From positions 58,443 through 122,442 of the IMG/VR virus record IMGVR_UViG_3300042309_001504: a stretch of DNA of 64,000 nt. One strand, given 5' to 3'. Position numbers and translations under genes: made by a program. The notes beneath the pieces were generated by a model. That model was given only the letters and a program-made list of their open reading frames with translations. It was not told the origin of the DNA and searched no databases. Below are positions 10,350 to 19,874 of the stretch, piece after piece; positions within the stretch are counted from its first letter, which is position 1; the number at the start of each line of letters is the position of its first letter. Source of the stretch: a virus.

Positions 10350-10873
10350 TATTTGCTACCCTCATAACAGGCCCAGGCCAAACCATTAAAAGCTTCTACA
10401 GCCTTTTTTCTAAGTTCTGGATCTAGAGCAACATTATCGTCCCCTATATGTTGTACAACAACATTTGTTGCTGCTTGGGTCAAATTAGTATATTTACCTT
10501 TAAGATCTAGATTATAAAAAGCACCAGCTATTCTATTAGCTTCTCTAATCTCATCGGTATTTTTAATTACTTCATTATCACCGTCTAGTTCTATTAGTCT
10601 AGCCAAGTCAGAGAATAGACTACTTAATTTAACGCCATCAACAGTCCTATCCGAACTGCCAGACTTTAAAATTTCAGTAACCTTTTCACAATTATCTTTT
10701 AATGATGGATCCAATGGAACTAACACTGATGGAGTATGATTTATAGGATTTGTATTAGTATTATTTTTAATAAACGGTACTAGTAAACCATAACATAATA
10801 ATAGTGCTCCTATAATTAAGACTACTATATTAGTATTGATATTTTTCGTATTCATTTTGACTCCTGTCCACAA
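10349..10873 (-). CDS. Membrane-anchored hypothetical protein
   Basis: IVVLIIGALLLCYGLLVPF TM segment followed by a helical domain. Confidence 0.65.
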   Translation of the reverse strand: MWTGVKMNTKNINTNIVVLIIGALLLCYGLLVPFIKNNTNTNPINHTPSVLVPLDPSLKDNCEKVTEILKSGSSDRTVDGVKLSSLFSDLARLIELDGDNEVIKNTDEIREANRIAGAFYNLDLKGKYTNLTQAATNVVVQHIGDDNVALDPELRKKAVEAFNGLAWACYEGSK

Positions 10874-11202
10874 GCATTAGGACTAAGATGTGGAAAAGCA
10901 CTATCTAAAACTTCAACCGCTTTTGGACATCCCATTTTATCTGCTAAATCTCTAGTGTTTTTCCAACTACTAATAAGATCCAAAAAATGATTATCATTGG
11001 TTTTACTAATAGTGGCAACAGTTGATGATTCTCTTTTTACTTTATTCAGGACTCCTCCTAACAAACCGGATACATAATTTTGTACAGGAGAAAGCTTGTC
11101 TTTAAATAGAACAAATAATATTAGTGCAGCACCACCATAAACCATAAGATCTGTTCCTGACAATCTACTACTAAATTCTTGAAAACTTTCAGTAAAATTC
11201 AT
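10852..11202 (-). CDS. Single-pass membrane protein
   Basis: LMVYGGAALILFVLF TM segment; GAGG RBS. Confidence 0.65.
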   Translation of the reverse strand: MNFTESFQEFSSRLSGTDLMVYGGAALILFVLFKDKLSPVQNYVSGLLGGVLNKVKRESSTVATISKTNDNHFLDLISSWKNTRDLADKMGCPKAVEVLDSAFPHLSPNACGQESK

Positions 11203-11212
11203 AACTTATACC

Positions 11213-11641
11213 TCATATTGGAAACATTCCTTGATATTGTAATTTTTGTTTAAAAACGCCCACATCCTTGAATACCTTGACCATACTATCTATAGTAGAA
11301 CCAACCAAAATCATGATAAAGGTTTTGATATACTTATGTAGATACGATTCTAGAATTTGTGGTATAAATGGAACATCCACAACTACAAAAATATTATCAT
11401 AAAAATCAGATATTATATTCATTGCTATTTGTTTTTTTTCTGGTCCAGAAAGATCATTACCTATTATTTCAATTATTTGAATAGTTGTTGCTATTAGAAT
11501 TTGCAATATTTTCCATACTTGCTCTAATGTGAATCTTTTGATTTCTTGATAAGAATTTTTAGTTGCGTTTAGTAGTTTTTCTACTTCTTTTAGAATTAGT
11601 TCTTGGCTTGTTGGTTTTACTAGATTTTCTTGATTTATCAT
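11213..11641 (-). CDS. Hypothetical protein (holin-like)
   Basis: Amphipathic helices around LSGPEKKQIA, resembling phage holin-like proteins. Confidence 0.45.
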   Translation of the reverse strand: MINQENLVKPTSQELILKEVEKLLNATKNSYQEIKRFTLEQVWKILQILIATTIQIIEIIGNDLSGPEKKQIAMNIISDFYDNIFVVVDVPFIPQILESYLHKYIKTFIMILVGSTIDSMVKVFKDVGVFKQKLQYQGMFPI

Positions 11642-11897
11642 CTTTTGCCTCTTCTTTTACAGTTGTTACATTTTCTACTACTTCTGTTTTAATATTTTTT
11701 CTGCTATTAATATATTTATATAATATTACAAATTGACCACCAATTAGAATACAACTTTCTACAGCATGACTAACAACACTAATAAGTTCTTCTTTATTAG
11801 TATGATCATTAATAATACCAGTTAGATATAATCCACTAAAAATAAAACTAACTAATGTAAACCAAAATTCACTTGTACGATATCCAGGTTTGATCAT
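11559..11897 (-). CDS. Two-TM holin-like membrane protein
   Basis: KPGYRTSEFW start, two TM segments, highly basic C-terminus; GGAGG RBS. Confidence 0.55.
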   Translation of the reverse strand: MIKPGYRTSEFWFTLVSFIFSGLYLTGIINDHTNKEELISVVSHAVESCILIGGQFVILYKYINSRKNIKTEVVENVTTVKEEAKDDKSRKSSKTNKPRTNSKRSRKTTKRN

Positions 11898-11923
11898 AAT
11901 TTACCTCCAAAGGTTATTTTAAT

Positions 11924-11929
11924 ATACAC
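11924..11929 (-). promoter_or_regulatory. GTGTAT putative phage late-promoter motif
   Basis: About 27 nt upstream of ATG 11897; recurs at 12953, 13647 and 38304. Confidence 0.5.
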
Positions 11930-11943
11930 CAAAATAGTTTTCA

Positions 11944-12411
11944 CTAATAATATCGATCCTGATTAGCCACACACCATTTTATACCATCAAAAGGACTTGT
12001 CCATGATGCATCCCATGGATAATGAGGACCATCAGATGATTGTGCTATTACTGTTGATAAATTTTTATATTTCCAAACATTGTCTTCGTATATAACAACC
12101 TCATCACCATAAAAATATGTTTGATACGGAGGACCGAATCCTGTAGGATCTCCGCCACAACCTGTGCCACTAGCATCCAAACATCTAGTACCATATTCCC
12201 AACCTATCATGATAATACCAGCATGAGAATGAGAGCATGTTACAGAAAAGTAGTATACTCTATCGTCAAATCGATTTTCATATAAATCTATATCTTCTAT
12301 TTGTACTATATCAGATTGATCGCTATTATAGGCTATAATGTTATGAGAATATATTACAATATTACCATTATTAATTTCATTAGATGAAATAGCTTTTGAA
12401 ATATCCGACAT
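11944..12411 (-). CDS. Hypothetical protein (possible virion component)
   Basis: N-terminal half is paralogous to the 12411..12605 protein. Confidence 0.55.
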   Translation of the reverse strand: MSDISKAISSNEINNGNIVIYSHNIIAYNSDQSDIVQIEDIDLYENRFDDRVYYFSVTCSHSHAGIIMIGWEYGTRCLDASGTGCGGDPTGFGPPYQTYFYGDEVVIYEDNVWKYKNLSTVIAQSSDGPHYPWDASWTSPFDGIKWCVANQDRYY

Positions 12412-12605
12412 TACGCACCATAATAGTAGCTTGGATCATCAAACCTATTATCATATTTGTCTTCAATATCTCCAATAGCTGGAGTATTAATAACATAAGT
12501 ATTTAATTTATCTTTATCTGTTGGACCGGTAACTTTTGTATAAACAACTAGTGTGCCATTTTTAATTGGTTCGGCATCATCTGCTAATTTAATATCGTTT
12601 GCCAT
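12411..12605 (-). CDS. Small hypothetical protein
   Basis: 64 aa, shares an NRFDD-x2-YY motif with the downstream ORF. Confidence 0.55.
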   Translation of the reverse strand: MANDIKLADDAEPIKNGTLVVYTKVTGPTDKDKLNTYVINTPAIGDIEDKYDNRFDDPSYYYGA

Positions 12606-12606
12606 A

Positions 12607-12927
12607 TTATGCCCTTTCTATTCTTTCTTCTAAGGCTTCTAATGTTTTGCCAAGTGTGACTAATTGAATTTTTAATTCGTTCATAACTTCGGTATTTCGT
12701 TGTAATGCGCTAGCAAATGCCGCTTGACTTTCTTTGTTTGCTGCTAATCTTTCCATAATAAATTGACGATCTTGAGAATACGGACTTTGAGTTTCTATCA
12801 TGTGTAAAACATCACTTTTTGTTGCCATATTTTTTCCTACAGTCACCCAAAATCCTATAAGAGTAACAACTATTCCAAAACTTGTGGTGGCTAATACTTG
12901 CCAAAAGTTTATTATGTTTTCGCTCAT
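12607..12927 (-). CDS. TM plus coiled-coil protein
   Basis: N-terminal TM helix, C-terminal heptad repeat; AAGGAG RBS. Confidence 0.7.
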   Translation of the reverse strand: MSENIINFWQVLATTSFGIVVTLIGFWVTVGKNMATKSDVLHMIETQSPYSQDRQFIMERLAANKESQAAFASALQRNTEVMNELKIQLVTLGKTLEALEERIERA

Positions 12928-12952
12928 ATTATTCTCCTTTACAAAATATAAT

Positions 12953-12958
12953 ATACAC
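12953..12958 (-). promoter_or_regulatory. GTGTAT putative late-promoter motif
   Basis: About 26 nt upstream of ATG 12927. Confidence 0.5.
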
Positions 12959-12960
12959 TA

Positions 12961-12999
12961 AATAAAAAACCAACTATGAAAACATAGCTGGTTTTTATT
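12961..12999 (-). terminator. Intrinsic terminator
   Basis: Minus strand AAAAACCAGCTATG-TTTT-CATAGTTGGTTTTTT hairpin with T-run, after the 13032 ORF. Confidence 0.8.
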
Positions 13000-13031
13000 G
13001 GATAGAAAACATAGATTTAAAAATTTAATTA

Positions 13032-13607
13032 TCAGCCGGTTTTTGGCTTATAATCATTGTTTGTAACAGGTAGTAAAGCCCCGCCTTTGTAAGTTAATTG
13101 ACCGGGTGCTGAACGTGTTGGATTAGCAGCATTATCTGTTGCTAAAGTATCAACAGCGACAACAGGAAAGCCAGCATCAAATTCACCAGTATACTCATTG
13201 TATTTGCCTGCTCTAATAGCAGCAGTATATCTGCGTGTTCTTAATGTTTCAAGTTTATGAATACTACGAACATTAGCTGGAACAGCAGCACCACTGAGTA
13301 ACACAGTATTACTAACGCCAGATAAACTATCTGTTAGTCTTTTTGCAACGGGCGATTGATTGTTGTATGCAAAAGTACCAGCAGATAATGCTTCGTCTGC
13401 CCAATCATTATCTAATACTGTTGATCCAAAAACTGTTTCGTTGGTTCTGTACACATCAACATTGTCTAATAAATTTGATGCTACTGTGCCACCTCTTGTA
13501 ACAGCACCGCCGTTACCACCAGCACCACTACCAGTTGCATTTGGCGGAACTGTATCGTAATCGGTGCCATCGGATGCTTTAGCAGCTACTATTTGTGAAA
13601 TAGCCAT
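13032..13607 (-). CDS. Ala/Gly/Thr-rich putative virion protein
   Basis: Own GGAG RBS, upstream GTGTAT motif, downstream terminator; composition typical of structural proteins. Confidence 0.55.
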   Translation of the reverse strand: MAISQIVAAKASDGTDYDTVPPNATGSGAGGNGGAVTRGGTVASNLLDNVDVYRTNETVFGSTVLDNDWADEALSAGTFAYNNQSPVAKRLTDSLSGVSNTVLLSGAAVPANVRSIHKLETLRTRRYTAAIRAGKYNEYTGEFDAGFPVVAVDTLATDNAANPTRSAPGQLTYKGGALLPVTNNDYKPKTG

Positions 13608-13646
13608 TTTTATCTCCACATAAGGTTATAAGGAAGTTATATTAGC

Positions 13647-13652
13647 ATACAC
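13647..13652 (-). promoter_or_regulatory. GTGTAT putative late-promoter motif
   Basis: Intergenic, about 40 nt upstream of ATG 13607. Confidence 0.45.
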
Positions 13653-13676
13653 AATTTTGTAATAAAAAACAAAAAT

Positions 13677-14126
13677 TTACCCAAAAACAGTTTCCCAGGC
13701 TGTTTTTAAAGAGGAGATTTGGTTATTACTATCATTATATTTTAATATATCACACCATATTTGATTATTTTTGATGGGTATAGCTTTATTGATTTTTAGC
13801 GCATCGTCTGCGTATAAAATCATTAATAGTGGATTTATATTGATAATCTTTGATTGATTAATAGATCCTAGGTCATTAACAAATGATTGATCATATGTTT
13901 CATGAGATATAAATAATCTATGATATGATAGATTTTTAACATAATCTAAAATACAATATAAATTTAAAAACATATGGTCATATAATGATCCATTTGGTTG
14001 TTCTAAGATATGATCAATAATTCTGAGATCCACTAACTCTGTCTTAATACATGATATATGAATTATATTTTTATATGTGTTATTATATCCAGAGGTTAGA
14101 ATTATTCTATAATCACTTTGATTCAT
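13677..14126 (-). CDS. Hypothetical protein
   Basis: 149-aa ORF overlapping its upstream neighbour. Confidence 0.55.
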   Translation of the reverse strand: MNQSDYRIILTSGYNNTYKNIIHISCIKTELVDLRIIDHILEQPNGSLYDHMFLNLYCILDYVKNLSYHRLFISHETYDQSFVNDLGSINQSKIININPLLMILYADDALKINKAIPIKNNQIWCDILKYNDSNNQISSLKTAWETVFG

Positions 14127-14925
14127 ATTTTATATTAGTAAATATTTGATTATCTGCTAATTCATAAACATATTCTTTATATGAATTATTTAGAAACCAA
14201 TTGATAATTAGTTCTTTGTCTGTAATTTGATTTACAATTCCATGAGTATTATTACTAATATTAAAAACTTTATTATATTTTTTATATATGAAGATATATG
14301 AACTCTGTAAAGAACCACCAGATGTTTCTTCTATCCAAACTAAATTAAAATCTTTGGTAAAGATACTATATTTATTATCTTGTGTGCTTCTTGTATTATA
14401 TGTAATCAAATGATTATTAGTATAAAAGGTGTTATTCGTAATAGATTCTATTAAAGATTTTTTTGTTAAGAATATTTGTTTAATTTTTGAATTTTGAATA
14501 AAATTATTATTAATATCTATCTCATATATTGGTTTAACATTAACATAATCTATAGATTGATTGACTAAATGGTCTATTGTGTTTTTAGCATATAGCGGAA
14601 GATATATGTTATTGCCGCTAATAGGGGCATAAAAATTAAAATTAATTAACTTATATTCTTTTACTAATTCAATGTGATCTGATAAAACTGATGTATTGAT
14701 TATAAACAATTTTTTATTATTGATATAGTCTATAAAATAGTTTTCTAATAAAAATAATAGTTTTTGATGAATATTATTATGTTCGGTATGATTTTCTAAA
14801 TTAAAAAACACAACACAGTAAGGATCAATATCTTTTTGAGCAAAAATTGAGAATATAGTTTTTATAAATAAATTTGGTTGCTCTCCATTATTTTTTAATA
14901 TAAACAATACTTTATTTGCTGTCAT
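14113..14925 (-). CDS. Hypothetical protein (possibly degenerate GT-A fold)
   Basis: KTIFSIFAQ...NNIYLPLY resembles a GT2 layout without the DxD motif. Confidence 0.45.
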   Translation of the reverse strand: MTANKVLFILKNNGEQPNLFIKTIFSIFAQKDIDPYCVVFFNLENHTEHNNIHQKLLFLLENYFIDYINNKKLFIINTSVLSDHIELVKEYKLINFNFYAPISGNNIYLPLYAKNTIDHLVNQSIDYVNVKPIYEIDINNNFIQNSKIKQIFLTKKSLIESITNNTFYTNNHLITYNTRSTQDNKYSIFTKDFNLVWIEETSGGSLQSSYIFIYKKYNKVFNISNNTHGIVNQITDKELIINWFLNNSYKEYVYELADNQIFTNIKYESK

Positions 14926-16225
14926 AATAATCTATGGAATCTATATTAATTTTTTGTCCATATCCTTGATTTTTATAGTATGGTATAATTACACAATGAT
15001 GAGGTAATTTTTCTATTCCAATATTTTTTGTCCATACCAAATTATTTTTAATAATATATACAATATCATCATTTTTAAGATCGGCTCTATATAACAGTTT
15101 ATTCATATTATCTTCTATACACAAAGTAATAAATTCAATATTAGGATTTATATATGATAGGAATGATTGATCAAATTGAATATTTATTCTTTTTTTTAGT
15201 AATAGATTCGATTTGAATTCTTCTTCGGACATTATGTATGCAAAAGGACTGTCATTTCTAGAATTAAAAGTATACTTATGAATATCTTTTGTTGCAAAAT
15301 TAACCCCACTATATAGCTCATATTCATGTAAACTTCTTTTTGAACCCAATCCATATTGGCCAAAATTGATATTATTTTTTTCCATACCCAAAAGTTTTCT
15401 AACTCTTTCTTTAGCTTTAGATCCTCTTTGTTCCGCACTAATAACGAATCCATTACCGTTTTGATGATTATCCCAGTGTTTATGCTCTTGTGGTCTTAAA
15501 TAAAAATGCCAAACTATAGGAAATAGAGGATGGAAAAAATCATAACCATGAGTATATGCCCTAGCACTTAAAGATATTTCCTCTCCCCTAAAATAAAGAT
15601 TAGGATCATATATACATTCTTTACAAAATTTTCCTAATGTAAATATAAAATGCCCAGATAAAAATCTAGCTGGAATTGTTGTTTGACCAATAGATTGTAG
15701 CATTGACGATTGTCTAACTACTAAGGGTCTAAAAATTAGATCTCCATCTTCTGTAAAAGTATCAAAAGAATTAATCTGAATACATCCAGGATCACAAGTA
15801 TTATCTAGTCTATATCCCGGACCATATCCACCAATAATTGGTTTATCAAATCCTTCGCTATGCTTTTTTTCCATCATATCTATTAAGATAGAATCCCATT
15901 GCTCAACAAACCTATGATGAGAATCTAGTTGTAAATAATAGCATTGATCATTAAATAATTTTTGCTGTATGTTGTATCTTGCCCAACATGTACCTTGACT
16001 ATCTCTCCAATCATGGAAATCAATAGATAAATTGATATTATATTCTTTTTTAAGATGTTTTAATTTATATAGCTGTTCTTTAGTGTCCTGTAAACATATA
16101 CCAAAATGTAATTTAGACTTTTTATCACTTTTTTTATAACAGTCTATAATTGATGGTATAAGTTCTGGATCTCTGTATGATGCTATACTAATAAAAATAG
16201 TATTATTGGATTTTGTCTGTTTCAT
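14912..16225 (-). CDS. GlcNAc transferase, Gnt1/GT60-like
   Basis: IFISIASYRDPEL, GTCWAR, YLQLDSHHRF, YDPNLYFRGEEI, RAYTHGYD. Confidence 0.85.
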   Translation of the reverse strand: MKQTKSNNTIFISIASYRDPELIPSIIDCYKKSDKKSKLHFGICLQDTKEQLYKLKHLKKEYNINLSIDFHDWRDSQGTCWARYNIQQKLFNDQCYYLQLDSHHRFVEQWDSILIDMMEKKHSEGFDKPIIGGYGPGYRLDNTCDPGCIQINSFDTFTEDGDLIFRPLVVRQSSMLQSIGQTTIPARFLSGHFIFTLGKFCKECIYDPNLYFRGEEISLSARAYTHGYDFFHPLFPIVWHFYLRPQEHKHWDNHQNGNGFVISAEQRGSKAKERVRKLLGMEKNNINFGQYGLGSKRSLHEYELYSGVNFATKDIHKYTFNSRNDSPFAYIMSEEEFKSNLLLKKRINIQFDQSFLSYINPNIEFITLCIEDNMNKLLYRADLKNDDIVYIIKNNLVWTKNIGIEKLPHHCVIIPYYKNQGYGQKINIDSIDYYDSK

Positions 16226-16859
16226 AAAACATTTTTAATGCATTTAAATTTTTAAATCTTATACCATGAATTTTATTTTTTAATAAATCTATTATATGTG
16301 TTTTTAACCAGATATCAGCAGTAGAAATACATTTTATATTGGTTTTATTATTTAGATAAACACAAGCAATCATATTATCGCTAATATTATCTAACATATA
16401 GCCAGTTGAAGGATAAACCCTTTTAATATTTAAGTTAAATAATATTTCAGCAATTTTACTTAAAAAGATATAATCAAACTTTCTATATTCCAAAATATAA
16501 TTTATTTCTACATTATTAGATAAGCATAAATCATAATTCATTCGTATATCTTCTCTAAACTTATCATATTTTTTATTTATTAATAAGAGTGTTGGCAGCA
16601 CCATATCTATTTTTTGTGCTCCATTTTTTATAGCATTTTCTATCTCGTTCCTACGACTAGAATAATCCAAAATTCCTAATGGGTAATCTATTGGACAGCA
16701 TATTTTAGTATTACTTTCACCTATAATTTTTTTAGCTAATTTAGTATAGTATGGCAATACTGATATATAATCTAAGTTATATTCTTTGATAAGATTTAAT
16801 ATATTTTTAATATCTATATCTTTAGTATCTACATCATGAAGTGCGAATTCTAGTAGCAT
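16203..16859 (-). CDS. DeoC (deoxyribose-phosphate aldolase)-like protein, degenerate
   Basis: IDYPLG, AIKNGAQKIDMV, ILE; KTSTG replaced by YPSTG. Confidence 0.75.
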   Translation of the reverse strand: MLLEFALHDVDTKDIDIKNILNLIKEYNLDYISVLPYYTKLAKKIIGESNTKICCPIDYPLGILDYSSRRNEIENAIKNGAQKIDMVLPTLLLINKKYDKFREDIRMNYDLCLSNNVEINYILEYRKFDYIFLSKIAEILFNLNIKRVYPSTGYMLDNISDNMIACVYLNNKTNIKCISTADIWLKTHIIDLLKNKIHGIRFKNLNALKMFYETDKIQ

Positions 16860-17529
16860 TTTTTTTACGCTTATGTTTTAGGCTATCTACAGTAGGATAT
16901 TCTTTTGAACCCAAAACACCATCAGCAAAACCATAATATATCGCTTCTGCTGCATCAAGTATCCAATCGGACTTATTTGCTAATTGAGATAGAATATGTT
17001 TTTTTATCATCATTTTTTTCCAATTCTTTTCTTCTGCTATGGGACTATCCAAGCATTTTTCCGTAAAAATATCTATCATTTTATCTGTTTCTTTTGCACT
17101 CCATTCAAGACTACTCATTGCTGCTTTATGTTCATTATCTATACTAAGAGATCCATAATGAATTAGAACATGCGTATTAGGCATAAGAATTCTTTTATGA
17201 GCAGCTTGTAATAATACGCTACTAGCTGACTCTACTTTAGAGTATGCTAATATTGTTATAGGACTTTGGCTAAATCGAATAGTATCGAACATTCCCAAAC
17301 AATCCTCCCATACTCCACCAGGTAAATGCATATGTATTAATATTGGATCGTTTGATATAAGATTTAAATATCTAATATTTTTTTCCAATCTACAGGCTGC
17401 TCTAAAATCTGTACCAGACTCCTCATCGCTATCTAATGAAGAATGTAAATATATTTCTCTATTCATAACATCAATATTAAAATCATGTAATATCTGTATA
17501 TAGTTTTCGTTATTTATATTTGTATTCAT
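16834..17529 (-). CDS. clpP: ClpP-like protease
   Basis: REIYL, LPGG, ESASS (Ser), VLIHYG (His), DWILDAAEAIYYGFADGV. Confidence 0.85.
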   Translation of the reverse strand: MNTNINNENYIQILHDFNIDVMNREIYLHSSLDSDEESGTDFRAACRLEKNIRYLNLISNDPILIHMHLPGGVWEDCLGMFDTIRFSQSPITILAYSKVESASSVLLQAAHKRILMPNTHVLIHYGSLSIDNEHKAAMSSLEWSAKETDKMIDIFTEKCLDSPIAEEKNWKKMMIKKHILSQLANKSDWILDAAEAIYYGFADGVLGSKEYPTVDSLKHKRKKNATRIRTS

Positions 17530-17923
17530 TTATATAATCATATAATTTATTATTGATTAGACGCATAACACTAGAATCAGAAAATACTTTACCAATACCT
17601 ATTCTGAACCTATATCTTGTAAAAACATCCAAAGTTTCTACTCCGTCTGTAGACTCTATAATATTTGCTATTGATGCAGAAATTGAGAAGTTGGTGTGGC
17701 CTATCCAAAGATTAAAATTTTTCAAACATATATTTGCTGAATTATATGGTAGTATCCCCATAGGAGTAAGCATAACCAATTGTTTAGATATATCATTAGT
17801 AGAAGTATGATTATCATCATCCGATAAATCATCCTCAAATGTATCATCATTATCTTCTTGACTATCTAATTCATCAATAATTTCATCCTGCCATTTTTGC
17901 CATATTATCGCTGGATCTTCCAT
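17510..17923 (-). CDS. Hypothetical phage protein
   Basis: Acidic N-terminus; WIGHTNF...GVETLDVFTRYRFRIGIGKVF. Confidence 0.6.
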   Translation of the reverse strand: MEDPAIIWQKWQDEIIDELDSQEDNDDTFEDDLSDDDNHTSTNDISKQLVMLTPMGILPYNSANICLKNFNLWIGHTNFSISASIANIIESTDGVETLDVFTRYRFRIGIGKVFSDSSVMRLINNKLYDYINEYKYK

Positions 17924-17938
17924 AATTAAATTTACCTT

Positions 17939-18358
17939 TTATTTAGTATTATAATACTTGGAAAACACTTCTATGGGTCTTATTAATGGCGCATTAAGAT
18001 GTTTTTCTTTTGCTTGATTTTCTTTTTCTTTTTCTAAGATTGTCCAATATTTAATAATATCATTACTAAATTGAGTATATTCTTTATTAGATCCAATATC
18101 TTCTATAATAAGCTTTGCTATATTGTATGTCACATGTTCGGAATTAATAGTATTTAAAAAATATGCAATTTTTTCAGTATATAAATTATATTTTTCAATA
18201 GAATTTATTTCTAAATTATCAAATTCAATAAAAACATCCATATCAAAATCATTAGATAAAGATAATTCTATTTTACAAATTTTATTGTTGATTGTTTTTT
18301 GTGGTATAGTATTATTTTTATTAAAAAATTTATTATACCAATGTTTTATTGATAACAT
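17939..18358 (-). CDS. Hypothetical protein
   Basis: 139-aa ORF within the operon. Confidence 0.55.
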   Translation of the reverse strand: MLSIKHWYNKFFNKNNTIPQKTINNKICKIELSLSNDFDMDVFIEFDNLEINSIEKYNLYTEKIAYFLNTINSEHVTYNIAKLIIEDIGSNKEYTQFSNDIIKYWTILEKEKENQAKEKHLNAPLIRPIEVFSKYYNTK

Positions 18359-18761
18359 GATCTATTAATAAATTAAGATTTTTATCTCTAGTAAATCCAA
18401 CAATATCAGAATCATAAATTAGTTTTATCCAATGTGTATTTTTTGTATTATTTTTTTCCATAATACCACCACAAGTAATCAATAATATATTATTTTTATC
18501 ATAATTATTAATGATAGATTCCAAATAATTAATCGAAAAACTATTTTGCAAGCATATTACATCTATATCGCATTCTTCATTAAATTGAAACGATGATGTA
18601 TCAAAAAAATGACGAACATGATATCTAATTTCATCGTCTAAATATGCGATATTATCTATTTTCAGAAACGGAAGTTTAATTTGTGAGGGATCTGTTGATA
18701 AACAGTATGTATTATTTCCATCTGAAGTTAATATAATAAATAGACTATAAATCGAAGTCAT
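18333..18761 (-). CDS. Hypothetical protein
   Basis: 142-aa ORF, ATGA-coupled to the sigma gene. Confidence 0.55.
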   Translation of the reverse strand: MTSIYSLFIILTSDGNNTYCLSTDPSQIKLPFLKIDNIAYLDDEIRYHVRHFFDTSSFQFNEECDIDVICLQNSFSINYLESIINNYDKNNILLITCGGIMEKNNTKNTHWIKLIYDSDIVGFTRDKNLNLLIDHVINKTLV

Positions 18762-19336
18762 GTTAATATTTCTCTTAATTTTTTAATACTGTTTTTTATG
18801 GTTTGCCTAACGGCCTCCCTTGTTATATTAAAATGATCTCCAATTTCTTGTAATGTATAATCTTCTATATAATACATTCTTAATTGTTGTTTTTGTCTAT
18901 CGTTTAGTATGTTAGAATTAAAGATCATTTCAACTAATTCATTAGTTAGTTCAAGATTTTCATCATTAATAATATTATCTAATGGCTGAATTTCTGATTC
19001 ATCAATAATTAGCTTATCGTAAGTATTATCGTCTTCTTTTATATAATTATCTATAGATAATAATGATCTACCTTTTCCTTTTTTAGTTAAATATGTTTGT
19101 ATCGCCCATATAGCACACTGATTACGATAAGAATAACGCGTTTTTTTCTTTCCTGTTATTTTTCCAACTCTATCATTATCATATTTCCAATCGGCTACCA
19201 TAATAGCATGAGCAACATCAGCAACAACATCTTCGTTCTTTAACATATTTTTTGCCGATGCTTTTCCGAACTTGCTAATAATTTTTTTAGCCAAATTAAG
19301 ATATGAAGACAGATTATCATACTGAACTGTTTGCAT
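18758..19336 (-). CDS. Phage sigma-70 family factor (regions 2 and 4)
   Basis: DVAHAIMVADWKYD...YSYRNQCAIWAI; HTH YTLQEIGDHFNITREAVRQTIKNSIKKLR. Confidence 0.85.
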   Translation of the reverse strand: MQTVQYDNLSSYLNLAKKIISKFGKASAKNMLKNEDVVADVAHAIMVADWKYDNDRVGKITGKKKTRYSYRNQCAIWAIQTYLTKKGKGRSLLSIDNYIKEDDNTYDKLIIDESEIQPLDNIINDENLELTNELVEMIFNSNILNDRQKQQLRMYYIEDYTLQEIGDHFNITREAVRQTIKNSIKKLREILT

Positions 19337-19369
19337 TATTGTCCTTTCAAAAAATCCTAGGTAATTATT

Positions 19370-19861
19370 TTATTTAGTCAATTTTTTCCATTGTTTTGGA
19401 TCTGGACGATCAGGATCTCCGGGTTTAGCTGGTTTATATTTTTTGCCTTCTCTTTCTTTTTTTCTACGAATATTTTCCCATAATCCCGGAAGATTCTTGG
19501 ACGCCTCTGCTCCTTCTGTATCGGTTTCACTCTCTCCAAACATGAGAAAATTGTGAATAGTCAATACATAATCCTCTGTGACAGCAATTTTACCCTGTAA
19601 CCAGCTTTCTGTCAATCTATCTTTTACATCGCCTCGTTCTACTGCATCAACAACCGCTTGAGCATGTTGTGCTATAGATTTTAATGAGCCAAGACTCATT
19701 TGATAATAATCATATTTATATTCCATCAGTTCCATTTCTGGGCTTTCTTTTTCCATCTCTTCTACTTCAGTAAAATCCATATCTTCTGCTTTATTATTTT
19801 TGATACCAAGTTTATCTATTATTTGATCTTGAATACTATTAAGTAATTTTTTATAATTCAT
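19370..19861 (-). CDS. Hypothetical modular phage protein
   Basis: ESWLQGKIAVTEDY segment plus C-terminal GLWENIRRKK...PAKPGDPDRP; start moved to MNYKKL. Confidence 0.6.
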   Translation of the reverse strand: MNYKKLLNSIQDQIIDKLGIKNNKAEDMDFTEVEEMEKESPEMELMEYKYDYYQMSLGSLKSIAQHAQAVVDAVERGDVKDRLTESWLQGKIAVTEDYVLTIHNFLMFGESETDTEGAEASKNLPGLWENIRRKKEREGKKYKPAKPGDPDRPDPKQWKKLTK

Positions 19862-19874
19862 ATTACATTCCTTT

